Positions 6,193-13,592 are shown, numbered from the stretch's first letter. The stretch: 38,845 bases of DNA from a virus (IMGVR_UViG_3300031712_000052:94666-133510); one strand, 5' to 3'. The notes: a model not told the origin generated them from the letters alone. Program-made: numbers and translations.

Positions 6193-7158
6193 CTACGACC
6201 TCATGAATGGTGGGCTTGGAAGTGACACACGCATGTTGTGCACAGCGAATAATCGTTTGACGATGATAGACTTGATTCTTGTGTAGCACGGACTTCTGTC
6301 TAGATCTCGCAGCAAGCGGCCAGGAAGCCAACTCACGTAGGTTGCATCTGCGGTTAGACCTGCGATTGCATCTCTAAATAGATCTGATGTAAGCCTGGTC
6401 ACTTTGCCAGACGTTGGAGAGTCGACTAGTGCTCTCCACAGCCACAGTACTAGTGTTACGTTTAGCTTCAGCCACATGGTTTTGTACTGCTTATCGTTAC
6501 CCCAGACGGAGTACAGAAGTTTGTATACAGCACACATTGCTTTGGCTTCGTCTGGAGTCATTTTCTCTATGATTTTGTTCGCCTGCATACTCCCTCTGTT
6601 GCTTGGGGAATCATTCTTACTGATCTCCCAGCATTGTAGAGCCGGCGACATTGATATGACTGTAGCGTCTGACTTTCCACCGTATCCTATGAAGGGGCAC
6701 TCCCTTCTGATCAATTTCAGTACAGGGTAGGCGGGTTCCATAGCCTTTAGATTGTCGTCTGGGCTTCTTCGGGATAGAGAAGAGTTAGCTATCATGGCTG
6801 CAAGGCCGAGTTCAGCCATATCTTTGTATTCTCCTACTTGTACCATTGCATAGAAGGAGTCTCGATCAGTCTGCAGAGCTGCCCACATTCTATGCTGCCC
6901 ATCATACAGGTATAGCTTTCCGGCCACTAACCCTACCAAAAGTGTGCCCGGTATGATGCCAGTGTTTTCTATTTCCTTCACTTGGGCCTTCACATGCCGG
7001 GTGATCTTGAGTTCGCGTTGAAAATCGGGAGTCAATATACTTTCCAACTTCGGTCTTGTTATTAGGACCAGTGCAGATACAGTCTTGATTGGGTTTTGTA
7101 GCGAGTGCTCTTGTGGGATCATTCCTGAGGTACTGAATACATTTTCCAATGTGAACAT
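6193..7158 (-). CDS. DGQHR-domain (ParB-like/DndB-like) protein
   Basis: LYLYDGQHR motif; SD AGGAGG upstream on minus strand. Confidence 0.7.
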   Translation of the reverse strand: MFTLENVFSTSGMIPQEHSLQNPIKTVSALVLITRPKLESILTPDFQRELKITRHVKAQVKEIENTGIIPGTLLVGLVAGKLYLYDGQHRMWAALQTDRDSFYAMVQVGEYKDMAELGLAAMIANSSLSRRSPDDNLKAMEPAYPVLKLIRRECPFIGYGGKSDATVISMSPALQCWEISKNDSPSNRGSMQANKIIEKMTPDEAKAMCAVYKLLYSVWGNDKQYKTMWLKLNVTLVLWLWRALVDSPTSGKVTRLTSDLFRDAIAGLTADATYVSWLPGRLLRDLDRSPCYTRIKSIIVKRLFAVHNMRVSLPSPPFMRS

Positions 7159-7228
7159 GTGTGTCCTCCTGAGGCGTTAATGAAGCCTGAATAATTTGCT
7201 TATACCCTATTAGATCGAATATTTTCAT

Positions 7229-7313
7229 GGAAGGTATACGAATCAGGGATTCGCCCAGTCTCGAAAACTGTGGATACCGGAAACGGTATGGAGATCAAGA
7301 CTTCTACCTTCCT
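7229..7313 (+). tRNA. tRNA-Ser(CGA)
   Basis: GGAAGGT/ACCTTCC, loop CTCGAAA, long variable arm, T-loop ATCAAGA. Confidence 0.82.
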
Positions 7314-7411
7314 CAAACCCTACCACTGCTTCCGCTCGGAACAGCAGACTCCCATCCCGTGGGGGAATGAGTGCGCATAATATGGCACTCGGGAAATAAA
7401 TGGTGGGGCAT

Positions 7412-7500
7412 GGAAGATTGCCAGATCGGAAATGGGTCGGTTTGCTAAGCCGAAGCCTGTGGTGATGAACCCAGAGTAGGTTCGACTCCTACATCTTCCT
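7412..7500 (+). tRNA. tRNA-Ser(GCT)
   Basis: GGAAGAT/ATCTTCC, loop TTGCTAA, long variable arm. Confidence 0.88.
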
Positions 7501-7600
7501 CAATCGTCGATTCCGTGGGCTGAAAACCGCCACGTTAGTGGTGAGAAATATCGGAGTAAGGTCCAGGGAGAACTCAGCGCTCCTGGCGTCAGACGAGGTT

Positions 7601-7671
7601 GGTTCCGTCAGCAAGTGGCAAGCCTGCAGTCTGCAAAACTGTAATCGTTGGTTCGAATCCAACCGGAACCT
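7601..7671 (+). tRNA. tRNA-Cys(GCA)
   Basis: GGTTCCG/CGGAACC, U73, loop CTGCAAA. Confidence 0.92.
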
Positions 7672-7684
7672 CAAGGAGGATCAA

Positions 7685-7813
7685 ATGAATAAGCTACCAG
7701 AGAAGGCACTAGATGAGTTGTCCGACATGTTCCATAAGTTGGTACACGGGCCTTCGATTAGCAGACAGCTACTACGTCCTAGGCCAGTCAAGAAAGGACG
7801 GAAGAAGTCATGA
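7685..7813 (+). CDS. small basic hypothetical protein
   Basis: SD AAGGAGG right after tRNA-Cys, ATG 7685. Confidence 0.4.
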   Translation: MNKLPEKALDELSDMFHKLVHGPSISRQLLRPRPVKKGRKKS

Positions 7814-7874
7814 ATACTGGTGTTGCCTTCCCTAGTCAGCCCTGAAGAAGGGCTAGCCGGGGAAAGGCTCAAAC

Positions 7875-8060
7875 ATGGACCGTGTAGAAAGAAGAAGACA
7901 GTACATCAAGCACAAGGGCAGGATATGGCGGTGTAGTCACTGCAGTAAGAAACGCCCAGGTCAACCTAAGTTACCGAGAGGGGCATGTTATGTTGATTTG
8001 GGCAGGTCACCAAAGCGCGGAAGAAATCGGTGGAGGCTTGATCTAGATTTGTTTGAATGA
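7875..8060 (+). CDS. small basic hypothetical protein
   Basis: 61 aa ORF with CxxC. Confidence 0.4.
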   Translation: MDRVERRRQYIKHKGRIWRCSHCSKKRPGQPKLPRGACYVDLGRSPKRGRNRWRLDLDLFE

Positions 8061-8174
8061 AAACTGTCAGCAAACCCTCCTGGCCGCCCTTGGGTGGTTC
8101 CAAGTAATCACCGGGAGCTGTTACTGAACAGGTCTGAGCAGTAGTGTTTCCTGACCAGTCCCGCTGCTCAGTTT

Positions 8175-8247
8175 GCGGGTGTAGCTCAGTTGGTAGAGCG
8201 TCTGCTTGCCAAGCAGAAGATCGTGAGTTCGATTCTCATCACTCGCT
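8175..8247 (+). tRNA. tRNA-Gly(GCC)
   Basis: GCGGGTG/CACTCGC, loop TTGCCAA. Confidence 0.93.
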
Positions 8248-8264
8248 CAAGGAGAATACATGTA

Positions 8265-8450
8265 ATGAGGCCGATAGTGTGCTATTGCCATGAATGTAGA
8301 CCGCAACCAGAGTGGTGCAACTGCCACATATGTAGACCCAGGACAGATTGTCACAAATGCAAGAGTGGGCTAAAGAAGCCCACTACGGGCCCCCTTCCCT
8401 CTAACACCAGAGGGTCTGTCAGAGAGATTTGCGGAAGTCTATCAGACTGA
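8265..8450 (+). CDS. small Cys-rich hypothetical protein
   Basis: SD AAGGAG, three CxxC-like pairs. Confidence 0.4.
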   Translation: MRPIVCYCHECRPQPEWCNCHICRPRTDCHKCKSGLKKPTTGPLPSNTRGSVREICGSLSD

Positions 8451-8709
8451 TGTTTCTTGGTTTTCCGTGTGAGAACCAGCTCTTCATCAAGTCGAGGAGT
8501 TTGGGTTCGATCATATGCTGTGGTATTGTGCTGTGATCATCGTATTGCAGGGCCATATACACTTGCCGTAGTTTGAGCGGGCTGAAAGCGCCTCTAAGGT
8601 ATCTGGTAGCGAAGGGTTCTGGATATTTTGCTACCTCTTCTAGTGTTAGTACTAGGTGCTCTAGATATTCTGCTGATGGGGCGCTGAACTTAGTACCTGA
8701 TTCTGGCAT
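8419..8709 (-). CDS. hypothetical protein
   Basis: 96 aa ORF with purine-rich SD, fills inter-tRNA gap. Confidence 0.5.
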   Translation of the reverse strand: MPESGTKFSAPSAEYLEHLVLTLEEVAKYPEPFATRYLRGAFSPLKLRQVYMALQYDDHSTIPQHMIEPKLLDLMKSWFSHGKPRNISLIDFRKSL

Positions 8710-8770
8710 GTAGTTTCCCTTTCTATTTTCCTTATACCAGCATTCTAGAAAATAGCTTACAGATCAAAAT

Positions 8771-8844
8771 GCGCTCGTAGTCTAAGTGGATTAGGCACTG
8801 GCCTCCTAAGCCGGTTTATGTCGGTTCAAATCCGACCGAGCGCT
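8771..8844 (+). tRNA. tRNA-Arg(CCT)
   Basis: GCGCTCG/CGAGCGC, loop CTCCTAA. Confidence 0.92.
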
Positions 8845-8965
8845 CAATACTCTTATTGATGTCCGGGAAGAGCCGCAAGGAAGTAGGCATACTATCCTTG
8901 TCGCACATCCTGACTACATATAGGGGTTCCTAGGGTAGTACGCTGCAGCTACAGGCCCTAGGTTT

Positions 8966-9036
8966 GCAGGTGTAGTTCAATGGCAGAACGTCAGTTTTCC
9001 AAGCTGATTACGAGAGTTCGATTCTCTTCACCTGCT
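8966..9036 (+). tRNA. tRNA-Gly(TCC)
   Basis: GCAGGTG/CACCTGC, loop TTTCCAA. Confidence 0.92.
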
Positions 9037-9144
9037 CAACTCCTGGTGGCTCCTGTTCTACTGATCCCTCCAGCTGTCTACATCAACACCAATCTAGAGC
9101 CCGGTGTAGATGGCTGCTTCAGTACGGGCAGGAGCCAGTAGCGT

Positions 9145-9217
9145 GCCGATGTAGTTCAGTTGGTAGAGCACCCCGTTGGTATCGGGGAGGTCGGGAGTTC
9201 GATCCTCCCCGTCGGCT
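9145..9217 (+). tRNA. tRNA-Thr(GGT)
   Basis: GCCGATG/CGTCGGC, loop TTGGTAT. Confidence 0.92.
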
Positions 9218-9237
9218 CAAAAGAAAGGATTTCAAAA

Positions 9238-9363
9238 ATGCTTCAGTACACTGGAAAGTTCGCTACCTGCCAGGTAATGATCGATGAGATAGAGGAGGCT
9301 ATAGCGGACACTGTAGAAATCGTGCATGTGGTAAAGCCTGTATACAACTTCAAGGCAGAGTGA
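9238..9363 (+). pseudogene. rtcB: internally deleted RtcB RNA ligase remnant (41 aa)
   Basis: MLQYTGKFATCQVMIDEIEE resembles an RtcB N-terminus; DTVEIVHVVKPVYNFKAE resembles an RtcB C-terminus; SD intact. Confidence 0.6.
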
Positions 9364-9425
9364 TTCCCTGGTCCAGCCACCTGCACGGTGGTGAGGGTAA
9401 GTTGCTGCGGAGCAGTCGCCAGGAG

Positions 9426-9983
9426 TTACGTCTTCTTGAAGACCAGTCCAGATCTAAGGTAGTGGTTGTACGGGTTCTCATTTTTCCGCGCCACTTCTCG
9501 AGTGATCATGGTCTTGGGATTGTCTAGCACGAACCCGGCAGCAGCAAAGAACCCTAACCAGTAGTCTTCGTTCCGGCAGTTCACATGATGGTACCCCTGC
9601 TGCCCAGGGAAGGCATGTGTGACCAGTACAAGTGGGGCGGATTGAAAGGCGGGAACAAGATTGGAGATGTATTGCTCCTCCACATGTTCCAGGAACTCAC
9701 AGGCCCACACTAGATCAAACTTCTGCTCAGGTGTCCACTTACCTTTGGTGAAGTCCCATTGAACGATGTCAGGGTCTTTCTGTGGCACACCTTCTAGACC
9801 CGCGACTTTGCATCCAAGTAAATCGCGGAAGTATTGAAGGGCTTGACCTTCTCCACACCCTACATCCAGCACAGACTTGACGCCTAGTTCTTCTACCAAC
9901 CATTTCCAGAGGTCAGGGTAGAAGGTAGCTTCATCACCACCAACTAGATAGCCACCAAGGTGGCCGGCTGCAACATAGTTCAT
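9426..9983 (-). CDS. class I SAM-dependent methyltransferase
   Basis: VLDVGCGEG, FDLVWACEFLEH. Confidence 0.82.
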   Translation of the reverse strand: MNYVAAGHLGGYLVGGDEATFYPDLWKWLVEELGVKSVLDVGCGEGQALQYFRDLLGCKVAGLEGVPQKDPDIVQWDFTKGKWTPEQKFDLVWACEFLEHVEEQYISNLVPAFQSAPLVLVTHAFPGQQGYHHVNCRNEDYWLGFFAAAGFVLDNPKTMITREVARKNENPYNHYLRSGLVFKKT

Positions 9984-10009
9984 GACTCGACCTTACCACA
10001 ACTTGACGT

Positions 10010-10080
10010 GCCAGGTGTTGACTTCTGGGAAGTCACTTCATTCGTAATGAAGCAAGGCGGTTCGATTCCGACTCCTGGCT
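10010..10080 (+). tRNA. tRNA-Thr(CGT), slightly degenerate
   Basis: GCCAGGT/TCCTGGC, loop TTCGTAA; mismatches at 7:66 and in T-stem. Confidence 0.75.
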
Positions 10081-10113
10081 CTATCTGGTACACTCTTCAT
10101 ATAGATTACGTGA

Positions 10114-10188
10114 TGCGGGATCGCCTAGTTCGGTCTAAGGCACATGGCTCATACCCATGCATCGGTGGTTCAAATCCATCTCCCGCTA
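10114..10188 (+). tRNA. tRNA-Met(CAT), initiator-like
   Basis: 1:72 mismatch (T-T), loop CTCATAC, T-loop TTCAAAT; only two terminal G-C pairs in anticodon stem. Confidence 0.8.
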
Positions 10189-10190
10189 CT

Positions 10191-10263
10191 GCCCACATAG
10201 CTCAGCTGGAAGAGCGCCTGATTTGTAATCAGGAGGCCACGTGTTCGATTCACGTTGTGGGCT
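10191..10263 (+). tRNA. tRNA-Thr(TGT)
   Basis: GCCCACA/TGTGGGC, loop TTTGTAA. Confidence 0.92.
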
Positions 10264-10267
10264 CAAA

Positions 10268-10849
10268 ATGATTTCATTTGAAGAGGTATTCAAGAAGCAC
10301 ACTGCCAAGATCAGGTACTTGGCTTTCCGCGTGTCGCGTGGTTTTGGTGGAGAACAGCAGCTTGATGAGCTGGCGGCAGCAGGTAACTTGGCGCTATGGA
10401 AGTGCTATCAAAGATTTGATTCAAAGCGTATGTCAGAATCCGACTTTTGGCAGTACGCACGCAGGCGTGTTACAGGATCTATGATCGATACTTTGCGAAG
10501 TCAGGGGTTCGTCAAAAGGCAGCAACAAAATCTGGATAAAAGCAACGCTCTAAATAGAGCACCATGGGCTGCCACACAACCGGTGTCCATTGACTCCATA
10601 AAGACGCTGCCATCTTTGTCGAATCCTCTCGAAGAGCTGATGTTCAAGTGTGATTGTAACTTTGCCAGGGAGTTGGTTTCTGAACTTCCGCCCAGACTTC
10701 AGTACGTAATCCGCATGTTCTATGTAGAGAACATGCCATTGGCGGAGATAGGAGATAATCTAGGAGTTTCTGATGCACGGATATGCCAGCTCAAGCTAGA
10801 GGCATTGGCTCTCATGCAGGAGTGGGCTAAGGAGAGACTATGGAGGTAG
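10268..10849 (+). CDS. RNA polymerase sigma-70 family factor (FliA/WhiG-like)
   Basis: Region 2 (YARRRVTGSMIDTLR) and region 4 HTH (LAEIGDNLGVSDARICQL); ATG 10268. Confidence 0.85.
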   Translation: MISFEEVFKKHTAKIRYLAFRVSRGFGGEQQLDELAAAGNLALWKCYQRFDSKRMSESDFWQYARRRVTGSMIDTLRSQGFVKRQQQNLDKSNALNRAPWAATQPVSIDSIKTLPSLSNPLEELMFKCDCNFARELVSELPPRLQYVIRMFYVENMPLAEIGDNLGVSDARICQLKLEALALMQEWAKERLWR

Positions 10850-10985
10850 CTGAGATCGTATGTCTGATGTGGGGCACCCTCAATGTAGGATTGCTGGTTC
10901 TCTTTGTTTGGGGAGAGATCAAAGCAGAAAGGTACTGGAACAAGATGGATAGAAGATTGTATGGCCTAGACTAAGTAGTATTCAT

Positions 10986-11058
10986 TGCTGGATGGGCTAA
11001 TTGGCAAGTCCGCCGCCTGTTACGCGGTACGATGTAAGTTCGAATCTTACTCCAGCAG
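10986..11058 (+). tRNA. tRNA-Asn(GTT)
   Basis: TGCTGGA/TCCAGCA, G73, loop CTGTTAC. Confidence 0.9.
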
Positions 11059-11176
11059 CTTGTGGATGCGTGTGGCATGATGCCACCAAGAGGTAACCGA
11101 CAAAGGTTAGATACCTGGGTTTGATCACCCTAGAGCTCCTCAATGATACGGTAAGAGTCCGTACGCCTCCAGTTAT

Positions 11177-11250
11177 GCGCCTGTACGTCAATTGGATAGA
11201 CTACTAGCCTTCTAAGCTGGTGGCTGGGGGTTCGAATCCCTCCAGGCGCG
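11177..11250 (+). tRNA. tRNA-Arg(TCT)
   Basis: GCGCCTG/CAGGCGC, loop CTTCTAA. Confidence 0.92.
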
Positions 11251-11256
11251 CATAAT

Positions 11257-11332
11257 GCCCACATAGCTCAATTGGATCAGAGCATACCCCTCCGAAGGGT
11301 AAGGCTTCCCAGTTCAAATCTGGGTGTGGGTA
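11257..11332 (+). tRNA. tRNA-Arg(CCG)
   Basis: GCCCACA/TGTGGGT, loop CTCCGAA. Confidence 0.9.
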
Positions 11333-11340
11333 CAGTAAAT

Positions 11341-11419
11341 GGCCTCGTCGTCTAATCCGGCTTAGGACACTGCCCTCTCACGGCAGGAATGCAGGGTTCA
11401 AATCCCTCCGAGGTCACCA
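11341..11419 (+). tRNA. tRNA-Glu(CTC)
   Basis: GGCCTCG/CGAGGTC, loop CTCTCAC, encoded CCA. Confidence 0.92.
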
Positions 11420-11420
11420 T

Positions 11421-11499
11421 GGCTCCATCGTCTAACTTGGTTTAGGACAACGGCCCTTCAAGCCGTGAATGTGGGGTTCAAATCCCCCTGGAGTCACCA
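11421..11499 (+). tRNA. tRNA-Glu(TTC)
   Basis: GGCTCCA/TGGAGTC, loop CCTTCAA (C33), encoded CCA. Confidence 0.9.
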
Positions 11500-11500
11500 C

Positions 11501-11574
11501 GCCCCTGTAAGTCTAATTGGAAAGGAACAGACGCTACGAACGTCTGGGTGGGGATTCGAATTCCTCCAGGGGCA
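11501..11574 (+). tRNA. tRNA-Arg(ACG)
   Basis: GCCCCTG/CAGGGGC, loop CTACGAA. Confidence 0.9.
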
Positions 11575-11578
11575 CTAA

Positions 11579-11649
11579 GCCAGCAATCCAAGTGGTTGGG
11601 ACGGACGCCTCATAAGCGTTTGGAGTGGGATCATACCCCGCTGCTGGCA
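11579..11649 (+). tRNA. tRNA-Met or Ile2 (CAT), atypical T-loop
   Basis: GCCAGCA/TGCTGGC, loop CTCATAA, T-loop ATCATAC. Confidence 0.75.
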
Positions 11650-11658
11650 CAATTTTAC

Positions 11659-11731
11659 GGGAGCGTCGTCTAGTGGCCAGGACGGTTGCCCTACAAGCAA
11701 CTCATCGAGAGTTCGAGTCTCTCCGCTCCCA
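11659..11731 (+). tRNA. tRNA-Val(TAC)
   Basis: GGGAGCG/CGCTCCC, loop CCTACAA (C33). Confidence 0.9.
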
Positions 11732-11766
11732 CTGTCTTTTCTGTACCGCCGAAATAAGGAGAGTGC

Positions 11767-12054
11767 ATGTACGAAACCATTCAAGATCGATTCAACGCAT
11801 TTCATGCTAGCAATCCTATTGTGTACAAGGAGTTGGTACGACTAGCAACAGATATGAAGAACAAGGGGCACAACAAAATAGGTATTAGGATGTTGTGGGA
11901 GGTTATGCGCTGGAACATTCTGATGAAGGTGGTAACTATTTCAGATGACTATAAGTTGAACGATCACTTCACCAGCAGATATGTTCGTTTGATTACAGCA
12001 AACGAACCACTCCTAAAGGATGTGTTTGAACTGCGTGAACTAAGGGCGCAGTAG
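11767..12054 (+). CDS. hypothetical protein
   Basis: 95 aa, SD AAGGAG. Confidence 0.65.
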   Translation: MYETIQDRFNAFHASNPIVYKELVRLATDMKNKGHNKIGIRMLWEVMRWNILMKVVTISDDYKLNDHFTSRYVRLITANEPLLKDVFELRELRAQ

Positions 12055-12093
12055 TTAGATTGGCTAAAGTCAGTCCAAAGGGCTGACCACAAT

Positions 12094-12166
12094 GGTCTCA
12101 TCGTTCAGCCAGGTAGGACATCTGATTGTCGATCAGAATACGCGGGTTCAAATCCCGCTGAGACCG
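12094..12166 (+). tRNA. tRNA-Asp(GTC)
   Basis: GGTCTCA/TGAGACC, G73, loop TTGTCGA. Confidence 0.92.
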
Positions 12167-12200
12167 CTTTGACTAGAGGTCACAAATACAACTGGAGGAA

Positions 12201-12581
12201 ATGATGGCTGTGAAAGACGCCTACTTTGGATTCGGAATTAGCCCGACAAGAGTAAAGCCAGTCCCGTGGGATAGAAACGATGTTGTTGGCGCACTACCAG
12301 GGTATGTCATGGAGACTGGTGGTCCTTGTGTGGCTAAATTATCTGTGGCTTGTGGGCCTGAAACTGGTAACTCTGCGGACACGGTATTGGAAATAGAGGA
12401 CTTAGGCAGTTTCCAGATGTTTGCTCATGTCACTGATAATGGGCATTCAGTAGGTCATGAAAAAGTACAGATCCGATTCAAAGGGGAGTGGGAACGTGCC
12501 ATGTTGAAGGCATTCTGCCAGCTAATCATTGATTTCATAGAAGAAGATGCTGAAGACGAGAAGAGGATAAGATCGTTATAG
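12201..12581 (+). CDS. hypothetical protein
   Basis: 126 aa, SD GGAGG. Confidence 0.65.
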   Translation: MMAVKDAYFGFGISPTRVKPVPWDRNDVVGALPGYVMETGGPCVAKLSVACGPETGNSADTVLEIEDLGSFQMFAHVTDNGHSVGHEKVQIRFKGEWERAMLKAFCQLIIDFIEEDAEDEKRIRSL

Positions 12582-12624
12582 GTTCGATCCCGCTGTAGCT
12601 TAATTGGATCAAAGCCTGCAGAGC

Positions 12625-12653
12625 TTGACGTGCTCTAACATGTGTTGTATGGT
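12625..12653 (+). promoter_or_regulatory. sigma70-type promoter, leaderless HNH transcript
   Basis: TTGACG-17 nt-TATGGT, ATG 6 nt downstream. Confidence 0.6.
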
Positions 12654-12659
12654 TGGTTC

Positions 12660-13133
12660 ATGCCGACTTGTGCAAAATGTGGTCGTAGGTTTGACAAGGT
12701 ACACAGACTTGGTAGGCCCGTACGAACAGGCAAACCTAGGAAGTACTGTGCATCTTGCAAACCTGTGGGTTTAACCATGCATAAAGAGACGCACGGGGAG
12801 TGTACCTGCACAGTGTGTGGTAGGCGATATACATACAACAGGAAGAAAGGACACACTAGATCGAAGTGCGGTACATGTTCATGCAATCAGAGACGCTTTG
12901 ATGTCAAGAAGCGGGCAGTGGCATATAAGGGTGGAAAGTGCAAGTTTTGTGGCTACAAGAGATGTATGAGGGCTCTGAAGTTCCACCACAAGGACCCAGC
13001 AAAGAAAGACTTCAGTATAGCAGGCAATCATTGCAGGGCATGGAGTGTTGTGGTTAAGGAGCTGGATAAGTGCGTTTTGGTATGCTCCAACTGCCATGAT
13101 GAGATACATGAAGGATTGATCAGCCTGGCATAG
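12660..13133 (+). CDS. HNH endonuclease with N-terminal Zn fingers
   Basis: CxxC pairs, LKFHHKDP, CVLVCSNCHDEIH; start chosen from promoter spacing. Confidence 0.8.
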   Translation: MPTCAKCGRRFDKVHRLGRPVRTGKPRKYCASCKPVGLTMHKETHGECTCTVCGRRYTYNRKKGHTRSKCGTCSCNQRRFDVKKRAVAYKGGKCKFCGYKRCMRALKFHHKDPAKKDFSIAGNHCRAWSVVVKELDKCVLVCSNCHDEIHEGLISLA

Positions 13134-13197
13134 CACAATTTGGTGGTGCAATGGCTCTATAAGCCGGAGGTTGAGTGTTCGAATCACTCTGCCAGGA
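13124..13197 (+). tRNA. tRNA-Ile(TAT)
   Basis: CCTGGCA/TGCCAGG, A73, loop TCTATAA (C33); overlaps HNH stop by 10 nt. Confidence 0.8.
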
Positions 13198-13261
13198 CTA
13201 TAAGCGGGAGACCCTGACAAGGCTTCGTGTCGGTTCGACTCCGACCGGCGGGACAACTTAT

Positions 13262-13344
13262 GGGGGAGTAGCAGAACTGGAACATGCTCTGGACTTAAAA
13301 TCCGGCGTCGAAAGGCACTGTGGGTTCGAATCCCATCTCCCCTA
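13262..13344 (+). tRNA. tRNA-Leu(TAA)
   Basis: GGGGGAG/CTCCCCT, loop CTTAAAA, long variable arm. Confidence 0.88.
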
Positions 13345-13349
13345 CTAAC

Positions 13350-13434
13350 GTGATCGTGGTGGAATTGGCATACACACTGGCTTGAGGTGCCAGGCCGAAA
13401 GGCATTGAGGGTTCGAGTCCCTTCGATCACACCA
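13350..13434 (+). tRNA. tRNA-Leu(GAG)
   Basis: GTGATCG/CGATCAC, loop TTGAGGT, long variable arm, CCA. Confidence 0.92.
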
Positions 13435-13435
13435 T

Positions 13436-13510
13436 GCGAGGGTAGTCCAATTGGCAGGAGACACATGCCTTAGGAGCATGCCAGTGTGGGTTCGAATCCC
13501 ATCCCTCGTA
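13436..13510 (+). tRNA. tRNA-Leu(TAG), short variable loop
   Basis: GCGAGGG/CCCTCGT, loop CTTAGGA. Confidence 0.88.
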
Positions 13511-13515
13511 CAAAT

Positions 13516-13592
13516 GCCCAGGTAGCCCAACGGAAGAGGCACAGCGTTCAGAACGCTGAAAGGTGTGAGTTCAAATCTCATTCTGGGTACCA
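13516..13592 (+). tRNA. tRNA-Leu(CAG), short variable loop
   Basis: GCCCAGG/TCTGGGT, loop TTCAGAA, CCA. Confidence 0.88.

Larger units (their letters stand above)
12589..13253 (+). pseudogene. split class II tRNA (5' half 12589-12615, 3' half about 13198-13253)
   Basis: CCCGCTG+D-arm pairs with CGGCGGG-A after a perfect T-arm GTCGG-TTCGACT-CCGAC about 600 nt downstream. Confidence 0.6.

Noticed and set aside
13124-13197. Amber suppressor (CTA) reading and stop-codon recoding
   Set aside because: Stem pairing fixes the loop as TCTATAA (anticodon TAT); long genes are intact in the standard code and TAG ends several of them
12616-13203. Group I intron in the split tRNA
   Set aside because: I could not find P7/R-S core sequences, and almost all of the insert is promoter, ORF and tRNA; needs a CM scan to exclude fully
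13198-13253. tmRNA 3' end
   Set aside because: The acceptor is CCCGCTG/CGGCGGG, with no G3-U70 alanine identity and no tag frame
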